A stretch of DNA of 64,000 nt from Lepidodermella squamata (Eukaryota > Animalia > Gastrotricha), in assembly GCA_047495785.1 (NCBI GenBank), contig JBLDXI010000023.1, positions 558,001-622,000 on the forward strand, given 5' to 3'. This document shows, one piece after another, positions 48,501 to 60,037 of this stretch. The stretch's first letter is position 1. Each line of letters starts with the position of its first letter. Under the pieces are notes generated by a model. It ran no database searches. It was not told the DNA's origin and saw only the letters and a program-made list of their open reading frames with translations. The translations under genes were made by a program, and so were the position numbers.

Positions 48501-51476
48501 CGGCCTGGGTAATTTCGGTGAGATTAGTTAAATCGGGTGGTTCGGGTTCAGGATCGGGGTCATGAGGTTGGTTCTCTAGTCCCTCTAAGAGCTCCATGAA
48601 ATAACTTTTCATCACTTCCAAGATTTCGTCAATACTGTCCGTTAGCGAGCCATCCGATTTTTCGAGTGGGTCTGGTTCACCTTTACTTCTTCCTTCGCCT
48701 CGGATTCGTTTGATTTCATGCCAAAATTTTTTGATGTTATCGTAATCAAAGGGATTTTCCAGAAGTTTATCTAATTCGGCAAATTCGTTCTGGTCTTTCA
48801 AGAGTTTCACTCGCTCTAGAGCATGGTTTTTCTGGTTCCTATTTCGCGTGAATTCCTCTCTTGAAATACGGCCCTTGGTATAATTTTTTAAATTTTCCTT
48901 GCCTTTTTGAATGATTTCATTGGCTAATGGGGACCACCACGGGGGCTTTTCACTGACCGTGCCAACTTTCCTTTCACCGCAGGTTTCCCTAGCGGTGTCA
49001 AGAAGATTAGACTTGGTAGTAGACCAGTTTTCTTCAATAGATTTTGGCTCGTTCGACAAAATTCGAGTGTTAACAGTTAAATTTTCATTGAATTTTCCAG
49101 CGTATTCTTCTTTTCGCAATAAATGGTGCTTGATCGACTTTTTAATAATTTCTTTCTTTCGATTGAAATTTGGGCAGTCGATGACGCCTCTGACCAGCCT
49201 ATGATCTGATTCAAGAATGGGTGTTTCTTCAATGTCGCAGAATGAAAATTTGTCTTTAAAATTCTTATCAATCAGGATATAATCGAGAAATGATCTTTTT
49301 CGTCTGGCCCCGTTGCCCCTCTGCCATGTGTAACCGGTATTTGGAAAGTATGTATTAATAAAGCATAAATTGTTACTGTTCGCAAATTCTATCCACAAAT
49401 CGCCTTTATCGTTGCCAATTTTGTCACCATAAGGTCCTACTGTTTTTGAGCTCTCTGTGCTAAAAATACGTCCATTCAGATCGCCCATTATTATAGTAAA
49501 ACCCTTTTTCGCACTTATCCTAGCGTACTCTTGTTGTAAGACATGGAGAAAAGCGTCTAATGTTTTAGTACAAGTAGTAGCCGGTGCGTACACAGAAATA
49601 ATATTGTAAACTTCGCGATTGACTTTAAGCCTCACAGAAATAATACGTTCATTTAAGGGATTGACATCAATAATAGTGATGTTTTTACAGCGACGAACAT
49701 AAACAGCTGCCCCAGCCTGGGCTCTACCATCATTTACGCCACTATAAAACAGAGTACCGTGCCTTAGATTTAATTTGCCTCGTCCTTTAAAGCAATGTTC
49801 TTGCACAGCGACTGCATCATATTTACAAAATTCGAAATCGGCTTCTTCTTCCTTTTCATTCAAGGTGGCAATGTTAAGGGTACAAATTTTAAATGGGACA
49901 AATGAATTTTCAGTAATTTTTGATTCGCGCAAAATTGTTGATCCCTTACTTTTTCGTCGATTTTTTTGGTCTTTTCCTCTTCGCCTTGCCTTCGCCCTTC
50001 CCAGTCTTCTCATCCGGAAAAAAATTATCAATGTTGTTCAATTCATCAAATTTGTTATTGAGCAGAATCGGTTTCGGGAGTGGGTGATATCGTGACTAGT
50101 AATAGAACGGCATCCTGTGCTGCTGCGGGTGGCCGCCGTAGCCGTAGCCGTTGTTGTTGCGGTTGAAGTTGAAAGTGCCGTGTTGGTTGTTGCGGTAATC
50201 GTTGTTGCTGTTGAAGTTGTTGAAACCGCCGCGATTTCGAGGCGGCCCGCGGTATTGCTGTTGGTAAAACCCGTTGTTGTTGTTGTTATTCACACATTGC
50301 TTCCCGATGTGGCCGTAGCCTTGACAGCGCCAGCATTGTGGTCCCGGCGGGTGAGGTTCAGGCGGGCGTGTCGTCACGGGTGGTTTGTAGTCTTCCAACG
50401 GTTCGTGTCTCGACACGAGTTGATTTGCCTCGGAGCAATATTGCTTGATGTAGGCGCTGCCTTGCATAAGATTAGCGCCGCGAATCTCTAGACCTTCGAT
50501 TCCTTGGTCTTCATAGGCCTTTTTCTCGCACGCTAGTTCTTCTTGGACAGCCTTCATATGTCCAGTTGCGGGGTGCTTCGCCTTCAGGGGTGTTTTCCAA
50601 GACTTCGCTTCAAATAGAACGCGCTCCTTTGATCTTCGAGCATCTTGAACGAATTCGATAATGATCGTACCGTCCGCTTTTCTTTCTTTTATCATCCAGC
50701 TCGTGATTTCTTGCGGGATAAGTTTTCGCACCTCTTCTCGCCAGTTGGTTTCTGGGATGCCAGAGATTTCCAACAGATCCTGGTTAAGGATTTTTTCCAC
50801 CATATGATCCGCCTTTTCTTTTTCTTTCTTGGCTTGCTTCGACTCCAGTGCCGAGATGACGTCGCATTGGATGCCAGAGACCAGTCGTCTCAACTTTTCG
50901 CGTTCCTCCGGGCTGACTTCCAGCTCGTCGATTGCCTTGTTGAGAGCGATGAATTTCTCGGCCGTTCCAGTGCCAGATTGAGCCATCGTTTATAATTATT
51001 TCAATTAAAAAACCTCAGAAAATTTAATATTCAATCGCAGATATTTCAAAAGAAAACAGTCAAAAATAGCGTTAGCTAATTGTCGATATTTGTAGAATTA
51101 CGACAACGAAACGTGCCTGGCTCTGGTTTATCGATTGCGCGGCTTGGGTGATTTCGCGAAATTTCTCGTGTCAAGAGGATACGACATCAATCGAAAACTA
51201 CGCAATGGCGATACTGTTTTGGCTTTGCAAGTAAGTCAGTCCGAAACTTACAACATTGATTTGATGCTTGAAGCTGGGGCGGATATCAATGCGAAAAGCG
51301 ACGATGGGCTGACTCCGTTGGATCTGGCCTTGCTTTACGGCAATGCAAAAGCGGCGAATGCTTTGATGACACTGAAGGCTCTAACGTCCAGGCCATTGCC
51401 GAACTACGTGACTTTGCCCGCTCCGGGCCTATTTTACGATCCAGATCGGCCCCCTTATTACGATGCTTATTATTGA
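42533..51476 (+). CDS. Signal-peptide-bearing ankyrin-repeat protein, copy 2 (~878 aa)
   Basis: Exons 42533-42607, 43697-44165, 44444-45195, 45260-46219, 51096-51476. Exon 1 encodes MVKFPRFLACICLVAGSTCSDHINN. Intron 4 holds a full-length antisense LINE. Confidence 0.82.
42632..43215. mobile_element. TA-flanked MITE (Tc1/mariner, pogo/Tc2-like ends)
   Basis: TA|CCGTATTTCTCGAAAATATAC ... GTATATTTTCGAGAAATACGG|TA with internal subterminal repeats ATATACCGCACCTCGAAA. Confidence 0.85.
46819..50013 (-). CDS. LINE ORF2: APE endonuclease plus reverse transcriptase
   Basis: TLNIATL, AVQE, SVYAP, GDLN, LDY, SDH (APE). YRGISLL, QFGF, FIDLEKAYD, GLRQGCPLSPLLF, FADD, FKYLGS (RT). YACESW, RLRYLGHIIR, PRGRPRTRW (RTE-clade C-terminus). 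First ATG at 50013. Confidence 0.93.
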   Translation of the reverse strand: MRRLGRAKARRRGKDQKNRRKSKGSTILRESKITENSFVPFKICTLNIATLNEKEEEADFEFCKYDAVAVQEHCFKGRGKLNLRHGTLFYSGVNDGRAQAGAAVYVRRCKNITIIDVNPLNERIISVRLKVNREVYNIISVYAPATTCTKTLDAFLHVLQQEYARISAKKGFTIIMGDLNGRIFSTESSKTVGPYGDKIGNDKGDLWIEFANSNNLCFINTYFPNTGYTWQRGNGARRKRSFLDYILIDKNFKDKFSFCDIEETPILESDHRLVRGVIDCPNFNRKKEIIKKSIKHHLLRKEEYAGKFNENLTVNTRILSNEPKSIEENWSTTKSNLLDTARETCGERKVGTVSEKPPWWSPLANEIIQKGKENLKNYTKGRISREEFTRNRNQKNHALERVKLLKDQNEFAELDKLLENPFDYDNIKKFWHEIKRIRGEGRSKGEPDPLEKSDGSLTDSIDEILEVMKSYFMELLEGLENQPHDPDPEPEPPDLTNLTEITQAEIEGAIDHMKNGKAPGIDEIRPEMIKALSETNIKWLGEILNQAWREKKVPEEWSTALITPIYKNKGEKSKCQNYRGISLLSVVGKLYAVILERKLRSLIGSKISKLQFGFQPLKGTRDCIFVLRQIIEKIIFFRKELHLVFIDLEKAYDLVDREKVWTALENMGVETSLIDAIKSLYKVNKVAVKVDSEVSDFFYVTRGLRQGCPLSPLLFIATFNKICEKLYDTKFGFPMNNGDYLNLLAFADDGTLLGMNHDEIKRLLEIFDMACEELGLKINVAKTQYMIISRDDAAVRNYELELRGSKLEKVSKFKYLGSIITSDGRIDEELNYRISKAGSVFGAMNKFMCSRNHVSLQTKLKVLTCVIVPTIIYACESWNISLSQENRLNVLEYRWLRAILGIHLMDYIPNIDIRLALCGGLIEVSRIIEKQRLRYLGHIIRSRDYDEYGLLNLIYTWTPPFGWFAPRGRPRTRWINGINRSLHKVGIVKEVRRKKRQPKNQKGKKPAKNKKSGEKENKFEIKIIPDLQLTELLSFDKIEWRNIVDSMNDYEFFGKSRIFNCGGG
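50096..50986 (-). CDS. LINE ORF1 with CCHC knuckle and N/G/Y/Q/R-rich tail
   Basis: 296-aa ORF upstream of ORF2 with a charged helical N-terminus, CWRCQGYGHIGKQC and a low-complexity C-terminus. Confidence 0.85.
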   Translation of the reverse strand: MAQSGTGTAEKFIALNKAIDELEVSPEEREKLRRLVSGIQCDVISALESKQAKKEKEKADHMVEKILNQDLLEISGIPETNWREEVRKLIPQEITSWMIKERKADGTIIIEFVQDARRSKERVLFEAKSWKTPLKAKHPATGHMKAVQEELACEKKAYEDQGIEGLEIRGANLMQGSAYIKQYCSEANQLVSRHEPLEDYKPPVTTRPPEPHPPGPQCWRCQGYGHIGKQCVNNNNNNGFYQQQYRGPPRNRGGFNNFNSNNDYRNNQHGTFNFNRNNNGYGYGGHPQQHRMPFYY

Positions 51477-52199
51477 CAAATGTGTTCCTCTTTACTGGAC
51501 TTGTCGTAATTTGAACATTTCTGATAGCTTTTATCAGTGTTTCTCAGGATTAATCACTTGATTTAATAATTGAATTATCTTTGAAGATAGAGGAAGAATG
51601 AACTTCAGTCTCGAATGATTTCCCAGAAGTGAATGGACTTACTTTTAATTATCATATATGAGCGTCCAGTAAGTTTCAAAAAGACGACCCCAACGATGAC
51701 GAAATTCCAACTGGAAACGAATTTTCATTATCCACAGCTTGGTTCCACTTCCGGTTGAATTTGGTTTCGCAAAAAGGTAGGCCAATCAAAGCTGTGATTT
51801 AAATGCAAATTAGGTGATTGAATACTTGAAAAACTCACTGTGCCGAAATGTAACGAATGATTGAGGCTGATAAATCAGTTTGAAGTTCTATGAAGAAGAC
51901 ACTATAATTTCGAATTTCCTTTTTGATATTGCTCTTCCTGAAGCCATGTAGACACGAATTGAGATTCAGTTGCTCGAAATTCCTCAGCTGCGCAATCAAA
52001 ATTAGTCTTAACAGAGTCTGTAAATAGTAAATAGAGGATGTTAACTATTGGTTTAACGACGTAGCCCTTAGTCGTGTAAAAACATCGTGTGTGATGAACG
52101 TCGCGTTTAACACATCATAGTGCCAGCGTAGGCGCAATCTTCTTTATTGCCATATCCATGCAGAGCGATGCTATACATGTGCTTTAATTAAAACTTGGA

Positions 52200-55100
52200 A
52201 TGGCGAAATTACTGGACTGGCTGGCTTTCTTCTGTTTAGTTGCTGGATCAGCATGCTCGGATCACATTAACAACGTATGACATTACCATTTCGTAACAGT
52301 GGCAAGTAAAAGTGACGTCGAACCACATTTATAAAAGCGACGTTTTGGTATATTTTGGTCATCGGATGGGCCGTGAAAATTATCAAAGCATGATATGTGT
52401 GTTTCTTGCTCAACAAGTGAACACAACAGAAAGCGCACTCGAACAATGAGTTTCCCTTCCCATTCTTGTCTCCGTTTCAGCCAAGTGTCGCTTACAAAAC
52501 AATGAAAAAGCTTGTTCGTCACGAAATTTCTCGAAATATTTGTCAGGCACATCAGCTCACTGCAATTTAGTTGTGACCATTTCACTCGGTAATTTTTCAA
52601 CATTCGTTCGACGAAATCCGAAATCCGGATTATCTAGTAGATATTAGACCACCCGCGCTTGGGACTTGGAAACTCTTTCACTTTTATTTATATCTGTATC
52701 TATACAACAGGCGTTTGTTCACGCCGTCGGAGGCGGATCAAATCAAATATCGACTGTTCGCAGATTGCTCTCAAGAGGGATAGTTGATATCAACGCTAGA
52801 GCGCAAGCGATTTACTTGGAACGTCCAATCTACATTACAGCCCTTATCACAGCCGTGGGATCGAATGCTAGCTACGAAATGGTGTCACTCCTGCTAGAAA
52901 ACGGAGCAAATGTCGATGATGTCGATGAACAAAGCTCTTGGAATTTTACTGCTCTTCTATGGGCGGCTTACTGGAACCGCCTGGATGTAACGAAACTGCT
53001 TGTTGAGAAATTCAATGCAGACGTGGGTGTTCGAGATGCATACGGCAATACAGCTCTCATGAAGATGTTAATTGACGGTTACAGTATCATTAGGCCCGAA
53101 TGTAATTTGAATCTTATGCGGTACCTGTTGCCTCTTTTGCCTCCTGCCCTTGTCAACGCCATGAATGCGGACAATAAAACGGCACTACATTTTGCCAGTG
53201 GAATTTTCTCGACAGGCAAGAAAACTTAAACATTAATTATACTCGCTACTAGTTTTAAAACAGATTCGCTTTCATTCGTCAAGTTGCTGGTAGAAACCAA
53301 TGGCAGTCGACTGGACATCAATGCTCGCGACAAGGATGGTAACACGCCGCTGCTAATCGCGACAAAAGCCGGCCAATCGACTGCCTTGCTTCGTTACCTA
53401 ATCGAAAAAGGCGCCGATACCAACGCAACAAACAATCTGAATGAAAACATGCTCCTGGCTGCCTGCCAGATCCGCCGACCATTCTCAAACTCAGACCCGC
53501 TTCTATTTATCGATCTCGCTATGGAACAGACTGGCGTTGACATCAATTCTCAAAGCGTAAACGGGACGCGGTGTTTCGATTACCTTGTCACGTTTTCGGA
53601 AACAGATGACCGGGTTCTCCTTCCAATTATGACTTACCTATTAAGGAAAGGCTATGGCATCAACAGCCAGTCAGGTAATTCAGGCCTAACGCCTCTCATG
53701 TCAGCAGTTTCGTCAAGCTTTGCTGATCGTGTAAAATTGATCTTTTTCCTGCTGGAAAATGGCGCTGATGTCAACGCCACAACTTACGACGGCAGAACAG
53801 TTATTGATGTAGCGGGTGAGAAGACATGGGCACTTGACTGGGTGCCATATTTTCGTAGACGGGGCGCGATTTCTGGGCGAGAGATTCACAGGGCAACGTC
53901 GATGCCTCGCCGAACAAATGGTCCTATCATGCAGCGGAATTACACGCCAACTATTGACGTTACGCTGCCGGCGAAAAACGAATCAAAGCAAGAGCAATTA
54001 GATTCCGTAAGTGAGATTGGACTATATTCCCATTATTCCAAGCAGATAATTCCGGAAAGGAGTCGTCTGCCCAGCTTTTAAAGCATTCGGACAACAGAAA
54101 CCTAGAATCTGATGATCCTCGAACTAGGGGGTATTTTTGGGCTCAAATCCAAATTCTTTATTACCAAAGGGTGCCCCTGTTGTCTTTTTGGTGTTTTCCA
54201 CCTTTGCCTGCCGAACAGGGGGTTACGATACCCCTCATTACTCCCCGTGCTTCGCGCCCTGCTGATGATTCCGACAAACATTATAGTTTTAACTTTCCTT
54301 AGGAATTTCTCAATTACGTCAAAGCTGGCAACTTGAGTGCTGTGAAGCGAATGATCGACCAGAAACTAGCAACTGGAGATGCTTTTCGTTTGGAAGGAGT
54401 TTATTACTACGTCATCATCCCCGCTGTAATTGAAGCTGTCAACGCCCAAAATGCTTCAATCGACATTTTGAAGTTGCTGCTCGATAATAACGGCGATCCA
54501 GACGCCGTAAAACCAGGTACAGGTCTCACAGCATTGATGATAACGTTAGACAAAGGCCGATTGGACATGGCGAAGCTTCTTATCAGCTATGGAGCTACTG
54601 TTGATCTAGAAACTCGGCGAGAAACTGCATTGCTGAGAGTTGCATCAAGATCATTGGAACATGTCAAATTTCTCATCGCGAATGGAGCTGTCAAACATAA
54701 AGATCAGTTATTACATGAGGCTTGTAAAATCGAATTTCCAATATCCTACGGTCAACAAATCCCTAATGCATTGCCGTTTGTCATATTTGCTGTGGAAGAG
54801 GCTAATAATTCCCTGGATAGCGTCGATTTATCCGGGAGAACGCCGATAGAAAATGCAGTAGTAATTCTGAAATCGCCCGATCGCATGCAAGTTATCGAGT
54901 ATTTAATGTCGAAAGGAGCCAAATGGAATGCTAAAACAAATAAATACTCCTGTTCCGACTGCACCATACTACACCTAGCCGTTCAAGAGGGGAATTTGGA
55001 TCTCGTGAAGTTTGCCGTGGAGGAGATGAACATGAGCTTGGAAGCTCGTGAATCTATCGGCTTCACGCCGCTGTTGTTGGCCGCGTACAGAAAGCGCGAT

Positions 55101-56081
55101 GAAATCGCAAATTATTTGCTGCAGCGCGGCGCGGACAAAACTGCGGTTGACATATATGGCAGCAACGCGTTTCTGCTGGCTTGCAACTACCGATCCTCGC
55201 CGTTCAAACTAGCGTGGCTTTTGCTCACTGAATACGGATTCGATGTGAACTCACAGGTAATTTTCTCTCAGCGAAATCAAATAACAAAAGCTGCAGCCAT
55301 ATGCAGATTAGTTAAGAAAATTAGCAAAACAAAATTCAATCAAGGGCGATACCTGAAGGAGGTTCCATAAAATAGGTAATTTTTGCTGTCCAGTGCCCAG
55401 TGCCGTATTTTCCATTAGGCATCTGCCTTATTGGGCATAATGCATTGTCATTGTCCAATGTCCACTCCGGGCAGAAAATGACTTTTTGAGGGATTCATAA
55501 TCTGCTCATCGCGGTCTACAATAAATCGAAATTGTGATGTGAATATTGCGAAATTTTCAGAGTTCTCATTTTACGGACGTGGCGACATTGTCCCGGGGCA
55601 AGGATAGCGTTTTTCAGAAATAAATAATCATTATCAAAAAATCCAGAATACCAAACTTGTTTTAACGCTTGCTAATAGACGATATTTGTAGAATTATAAC
55701 AACGATACATGTCTGGCTCTTGTTTATCAATTGCGCGGCTTGGGCGACTTTGCAACGTTTCTCGTGTCAAGAGGATACGACATCAATCGAAAGCTACGCA
55801 ATGGCGATACTGTTCTAGCTTTGCAAGTGAGTCAGTCCGAAACTTACAACATTGATTTGATGCTTGAAGCTGGGGCTGATATCAATGCGAAAAGCGACGA
55901 TGGGCTAACTCCGCTGGATCTGGCCTTGCTTTACGGAAATAGCATCGCGGCGAAAGCTTTGATAGCACTGAAGGCAGTAACGTCCAGGCCATTGCCGAAC
56001 TACGTGACTTTGCCGGCTCCCGGCCCACTATCCACGACAAAGCGGCCTCTGACCAATAATTACGATTTATATTATCCATAA
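52200..56081 (+). CDS. Signal-peptide-bearing ankyrin-repeat protein, copy 3 (~888 aa)
   Basis: Exons 52200-52274, 52711-53215, 53264-54006, 54303-55256, 55692-56081. Exon 1 encodes MAKLLDWLAFFCLVAGSACSDHINN. Intron 2 has a GC donor. Confidence 0.8.
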
Positions 56082-57166
56082 AGTTGTTCCTTCTGAGTTG
56101 AATTATGCTAACTATGACAAATTTCCGATAGCCTGTTCTATTTCAGGATGATTTAATGGTGAATAAATCGGCTTAGGTTCGCTTCGATGTGGCGCAGTGT
56201 TTGAAATTAAAGGTTTTGCCACGAAAGCTCTCTTGCTCAATTTTTGTCTTATTAGGCTCAGTTTCTTTGTAAAGTAGGGTATGCTTAATCGTTAGGAAGA
56301 GCACACATGCCGTAATAGCCTAGGCTACTTTTCGAGATAAGACTATGCATCAGCGGATTCCAATTTACCTATTAGGCTTCTAAACGAGGGCGGGAGGCTT
56401 ATATTTTGGTAACTACGGTAAATTCAACACATCCGATGGAAAGACTGTGTCAGGTGATTTTTGTCATCGAGACAGGTTCATTTTGCACCTTGCTATGAAA
56501 TCCGGCTCAAACGAGACTGCAGTATGCGACTTTCATGGGGATGGGGATGTTTAGGGGTCACCAGCCATTTTGGCGAATAGAGCAAACAAAATTGTCCATC
56601 CCTGGCAGCTCCAGGATCCAAGATCGCGACCTGATTATTAAGGCCCTGCCTTCCAAATCGGTATACGGTAATTATATTTGTTTCCGAATTTCGCTTCGAA
56701 TGTATCCTTTGCTTTCGCTTATTTGTTCGTTTATTCACGTTTGTTCACGTTTATTTGCTTTCGTTATGATTCGGGAATTTCGAGTGCAATTTTTTGTGAA
56801 ATTGAAAAGAAATTATGCTGATCCTCTGGCGCCTCTTCAGTCGACCCGTAAACAATCGAAACTTAGAACGACTGATGTCCCTTGAACGCGCACTGATAAA
56901 ATTACCGAAGTTTGGGGACTCTCTCCAAGGTTTGTTTGTAAATAGATCGATCTATTTTTAACCGCTGAAAAGTCGCCGGGAAATTCTTCATTTTCCACCA
57001 AAGAATCAACAACGGATAAAAGCGCGCAGCACATAGCGTGTTCCGGTACAATATTTGCTTCTCGAACCTGCTTTACAATAGAGTGCAATTAATGGAATAA
57101 AACCCCGCCTAATTAATTGAACGGATGACGCGATTGCAGTTATGGCAGCGTTAGTATTACTGATTT

Positions 57167-58372
57167 ATGACTAAACGTACAACCGAGAAATTCGGTTACC
57201 TATTTTCTTCAATGACAAACATATTTCAGACCATTTGCGCAGTTATCATTCTTAACCATGTATTGGCTGAACCGGAAGACAACAACAGCATCTGGAAGTT
57301 CGACACGACTAAAACGATCCTTGACAACTGCAGAATAGGCCCGAATGTCAACACTCCAACTGAACTCGAGAATAAACCGACTCTTATTTCGTTAGACTTC
57401 AAACCGAAGCGTTTAGTCGATATCGACGACGTTGCTGAGACATTCACTATTTATGGGGCACTCAATGTTAAATACGAATCGAAATGCATTGCAGATTTGT
57501 ACCGGAATCTATCGCGAAATGGCAGAGTAGCATGGCCGCCTAGCATAGTTCAACTGTCTAAAGAAGACCCGACTAAATACTGGTTTCCGGATTTGGTACA
57601 TGAAAATTCGGTCGGAAGCCCAGCCATGAACGACGGGTTTTATCGGTATCTTCGTATTAGGATCACTCCGAACGGAATGCTTACGTTCGGTTTCTCGGGG
57701 AAATTTACATCCTACTGCGATTTGGACGTCACCTATTTTCCTTTCGATGTCCATGTGTGCAAGATCGAGTTTTACCTCGCCCAAGCCCAAAACTACTCCA
57801 GTATAGCAAAGGCACTGTTATTCCCTCACGAGGCCCCGTTTTTAAAGATGAATTCAGGCTGGCAGCATGACAACACGACACGATACTCCGTGTGGGGCGC
57901 TTCGGACCCCACTAATAATCTTACATCGTTTGCCAGTTTCAGCTTCGAATTCAGGCGGAAGCCGCAATATTTCTTAACATACCTATTCGCGCCAAGTTTC
58001 ATTCTCAGTGCATTGGTTCTGGCGTCATTTTTCATCCCGGCCGAGGTTCCAGATCGTCCTGCTTTCGCCTGTACTGTTATGCTGGCGATTTTCGTTCTTC
58101 AAGACAACGTCCAGGCAAATTTGCCAAAAACTCCGGGCCCGGTGATTGTTGGAATTTTCAGCTTATCGCAAGCTGCCATCGCAACTTTCTGTGTGCTATA
58201 CGAGGCGATCATGTGCGGGTTCCTTGCCATGTTCCCACGAATCGGCGAGGCAACTTTCAAAATTTACGGAAGAAACATTGCTCGATATTTGGTTGTTGAC
58301 ATCGTTATGTTTATCGTCGCATTCCTTATGTATTTAATCACAAATTTCACTGTTTGGCTAATTCTAAGATAA
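57167..58372 (+). CDS. Intronless Cys-loop (pentameric) ligand-gated ion channel subunit
   Basis: Signal peptide (likely from ATG 57212), WFPDL, Cys-loop CDLDVTYFPFDVHVC (C-x13-C with FPFD), pre-M1 RR, four TM helices, LPKT after M2. Confidence 0.92.
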   Translation: MTKRTTEKFGYLFSSMTNIFQTICAVIILNHVLAEPEDNNSIWKFDTTKTILDNCRIGPNVNTPTELENKPTLISLDFKPKRLVDIDDVAETFTIYGALNVKYESKCIADLYRNLSRNGRVAWPPSIVQLSKEDPTKYWFPDLVHENSVGSPAMNDGFYRYLRIRITPNGMLTFGFSGKFTSYCDLDVTYFPFDVHVCKIEFYLAQAQNYSSIAKALLFPHEAPFLKMNSGWQHDNTTRYSVWGASDPTNNLTSFASFSFEFRRKPQYFLTYLFAPSFILSALVLASFFIPAEVPDRPAFACTVMLAIFVLQDNVQANLPKTPGPVIVGIFSLSQAAIATFCVLYEAIMCGFLAMFPRIGEATFKIYGRNIARYLVVDIVMFIVAFLMYLITNFTVWLILR

Positions 58373-58869
58373 CATTGAAACTATGTATTAAGAATGATGT
58401 TATTTATGGCGGCCGAATGGTGTGTGCTAATGGAGATTGAAATATGTTTTCTGTGGGTATGCCAACACTACTACCAGGTCTACCTTGAAAGGTGAAAGAG
58501 TCTTGTCCGATCAGTAGTTTACAACAATGTATCAACAATCTGGAGTCTGAAAATAGGTGTTTTTTTATGGTTCAAGTGTCAAATGAGTGAAAAGCTACCT
58601 TGGACGCTGAATTTCAAAATGTTGATCATCGTTTCTCACATTGAAAAATGCTGAATAATGGAAGCATTAGGTAGCCTATTGTGACAATTTTATGTTGGGG
58701 TCGGCGATGGAGGACAACCTTTTAATTTAATTTTTCGCACGAGAACCCCATATTCAATCGATATTTATTTACCGTAGTTACCGAAATACAAGCCTAGGCG
58801 GCAACCCTTTGTCGGCACTTTGATGTTATTTGTAGTGCCTCCCAGGCTTGTATTTCGGTAACTACGGTA

Positions 58870-59496
58870 TTTATTTATTTTGAAGCTCATACGCCCAAGA
58901 GAGGGCAGCTTGACAATTTTAAGGAAAACAACATATAATTGCAGGACAGATTCAGATTTAGGACAGGAAAGGTGTAATAGGAGAGAAACAAAGTTATAGA
59001 TCAGTTTGATGTTTGATAATGTCAAACTCAACAAACAACATAACAACAAAATCGCAGCACAGTAAAAATCAGCACAGTAAACATTAAACATAAAAATCAA
59101 ATCACAAATTGCATTTTATATTTCATCTCAAACATAACCAGAACAAGGCCTCCGCTAATTTTTATTCAACTTTAATTTCCCAGATTTGGTAGAGTAACAA
59201 TGATTGTACACAGCTTCGCGGCATTCCTTGGCCGATGCTGCTCGGTGAGCTTCGGTCGGCAGTACGTTCCACCAGTCCGGCCCGCGATAGCTCAAGCTTA
59301 GCGTGCCGCGTTCCTTTTTGAAAGTTGGTTTGAACATTGGTTCAGATCGGCGAACATCGTAGGGACTGGTTTCGTTTAGCCGGAACAATGTTTGCATCGC
59401 TACTGGTGCTTGATGGTGTAAGCAGCTCCAAATCAAAGTAGCGAGGTGGATAGAGTGTTTTTGATTGACGTCGACCCAACCTAGACGGCGTCTCAA
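58870..59496 (-). mobile_element. 3' end fragment of a CR1/L2-like LINE
   Basis: LGW...AP..MQTLF...Y.VR...LSYRGP.WWN.LP matches the C-terminus typical of CR1/L2-clade ORF2, followed by a T-rich 3' UTR ending near AATAAATAAA. Confidence 0.65.
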
Positions 59497-60037
59497 CGGT
59501 AGAACGATAGAAAACTGTCTGAATTATTTTTTCGTATAGAAAACGCCAAGATATTCAAAAGTAGCCTTTTGACATCAGCCCACGCGGCCGTAGATTCATC
59601 AAAATTTCGACTTAGCGCATTGCGCTGAGTCCACTTTTACCCTCCAATTGCACAACCGACGCGCGCGCGCCGGACGAAACAACGATTGGCCCGGAATTGA
59701 GCTTTTCTTGAAGCTTCGGAGCTATGGCTTGAAAATGTCCTCAGTTTGAAATTAAATGTCTTATAAGAGCCTGCAAATACAGGATGTTAACAGCTGGCGA
59801 TTAACCCTTCGTGTACGATTAACCTAACGTGTAAAAACGGCGCGTGTGCGTGTGTATGATGCATGAGAGTAGCCATTACAGGTGATGATGATGCTGATGA
59901 TTCTCGCCTTACACAAGCATATGTTGTGCCAGCTCTGGATAATTCTCTCTCATTGCCATATTCGTCCACCGCTATCAAAGATTTCCATATAAAGCTCGGT
60001 GTTCCCGGTGCTCCCCTTACTTCATTCAAGTTTCGAA

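Larger units (their letters stand above)
46716..51046 (-). mobile_element. Full-length two-ORF RTE-like LINE
   Basis: (ATT)n 3' tail at ~46716-46734, candidate TSD CAAAAGAA (46708-46715, 51047-51054), intact ORF1 and ORF2. The flanks join to resemble the empty intron 4 of ankyrin copy 1. Confidence 0.9.
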
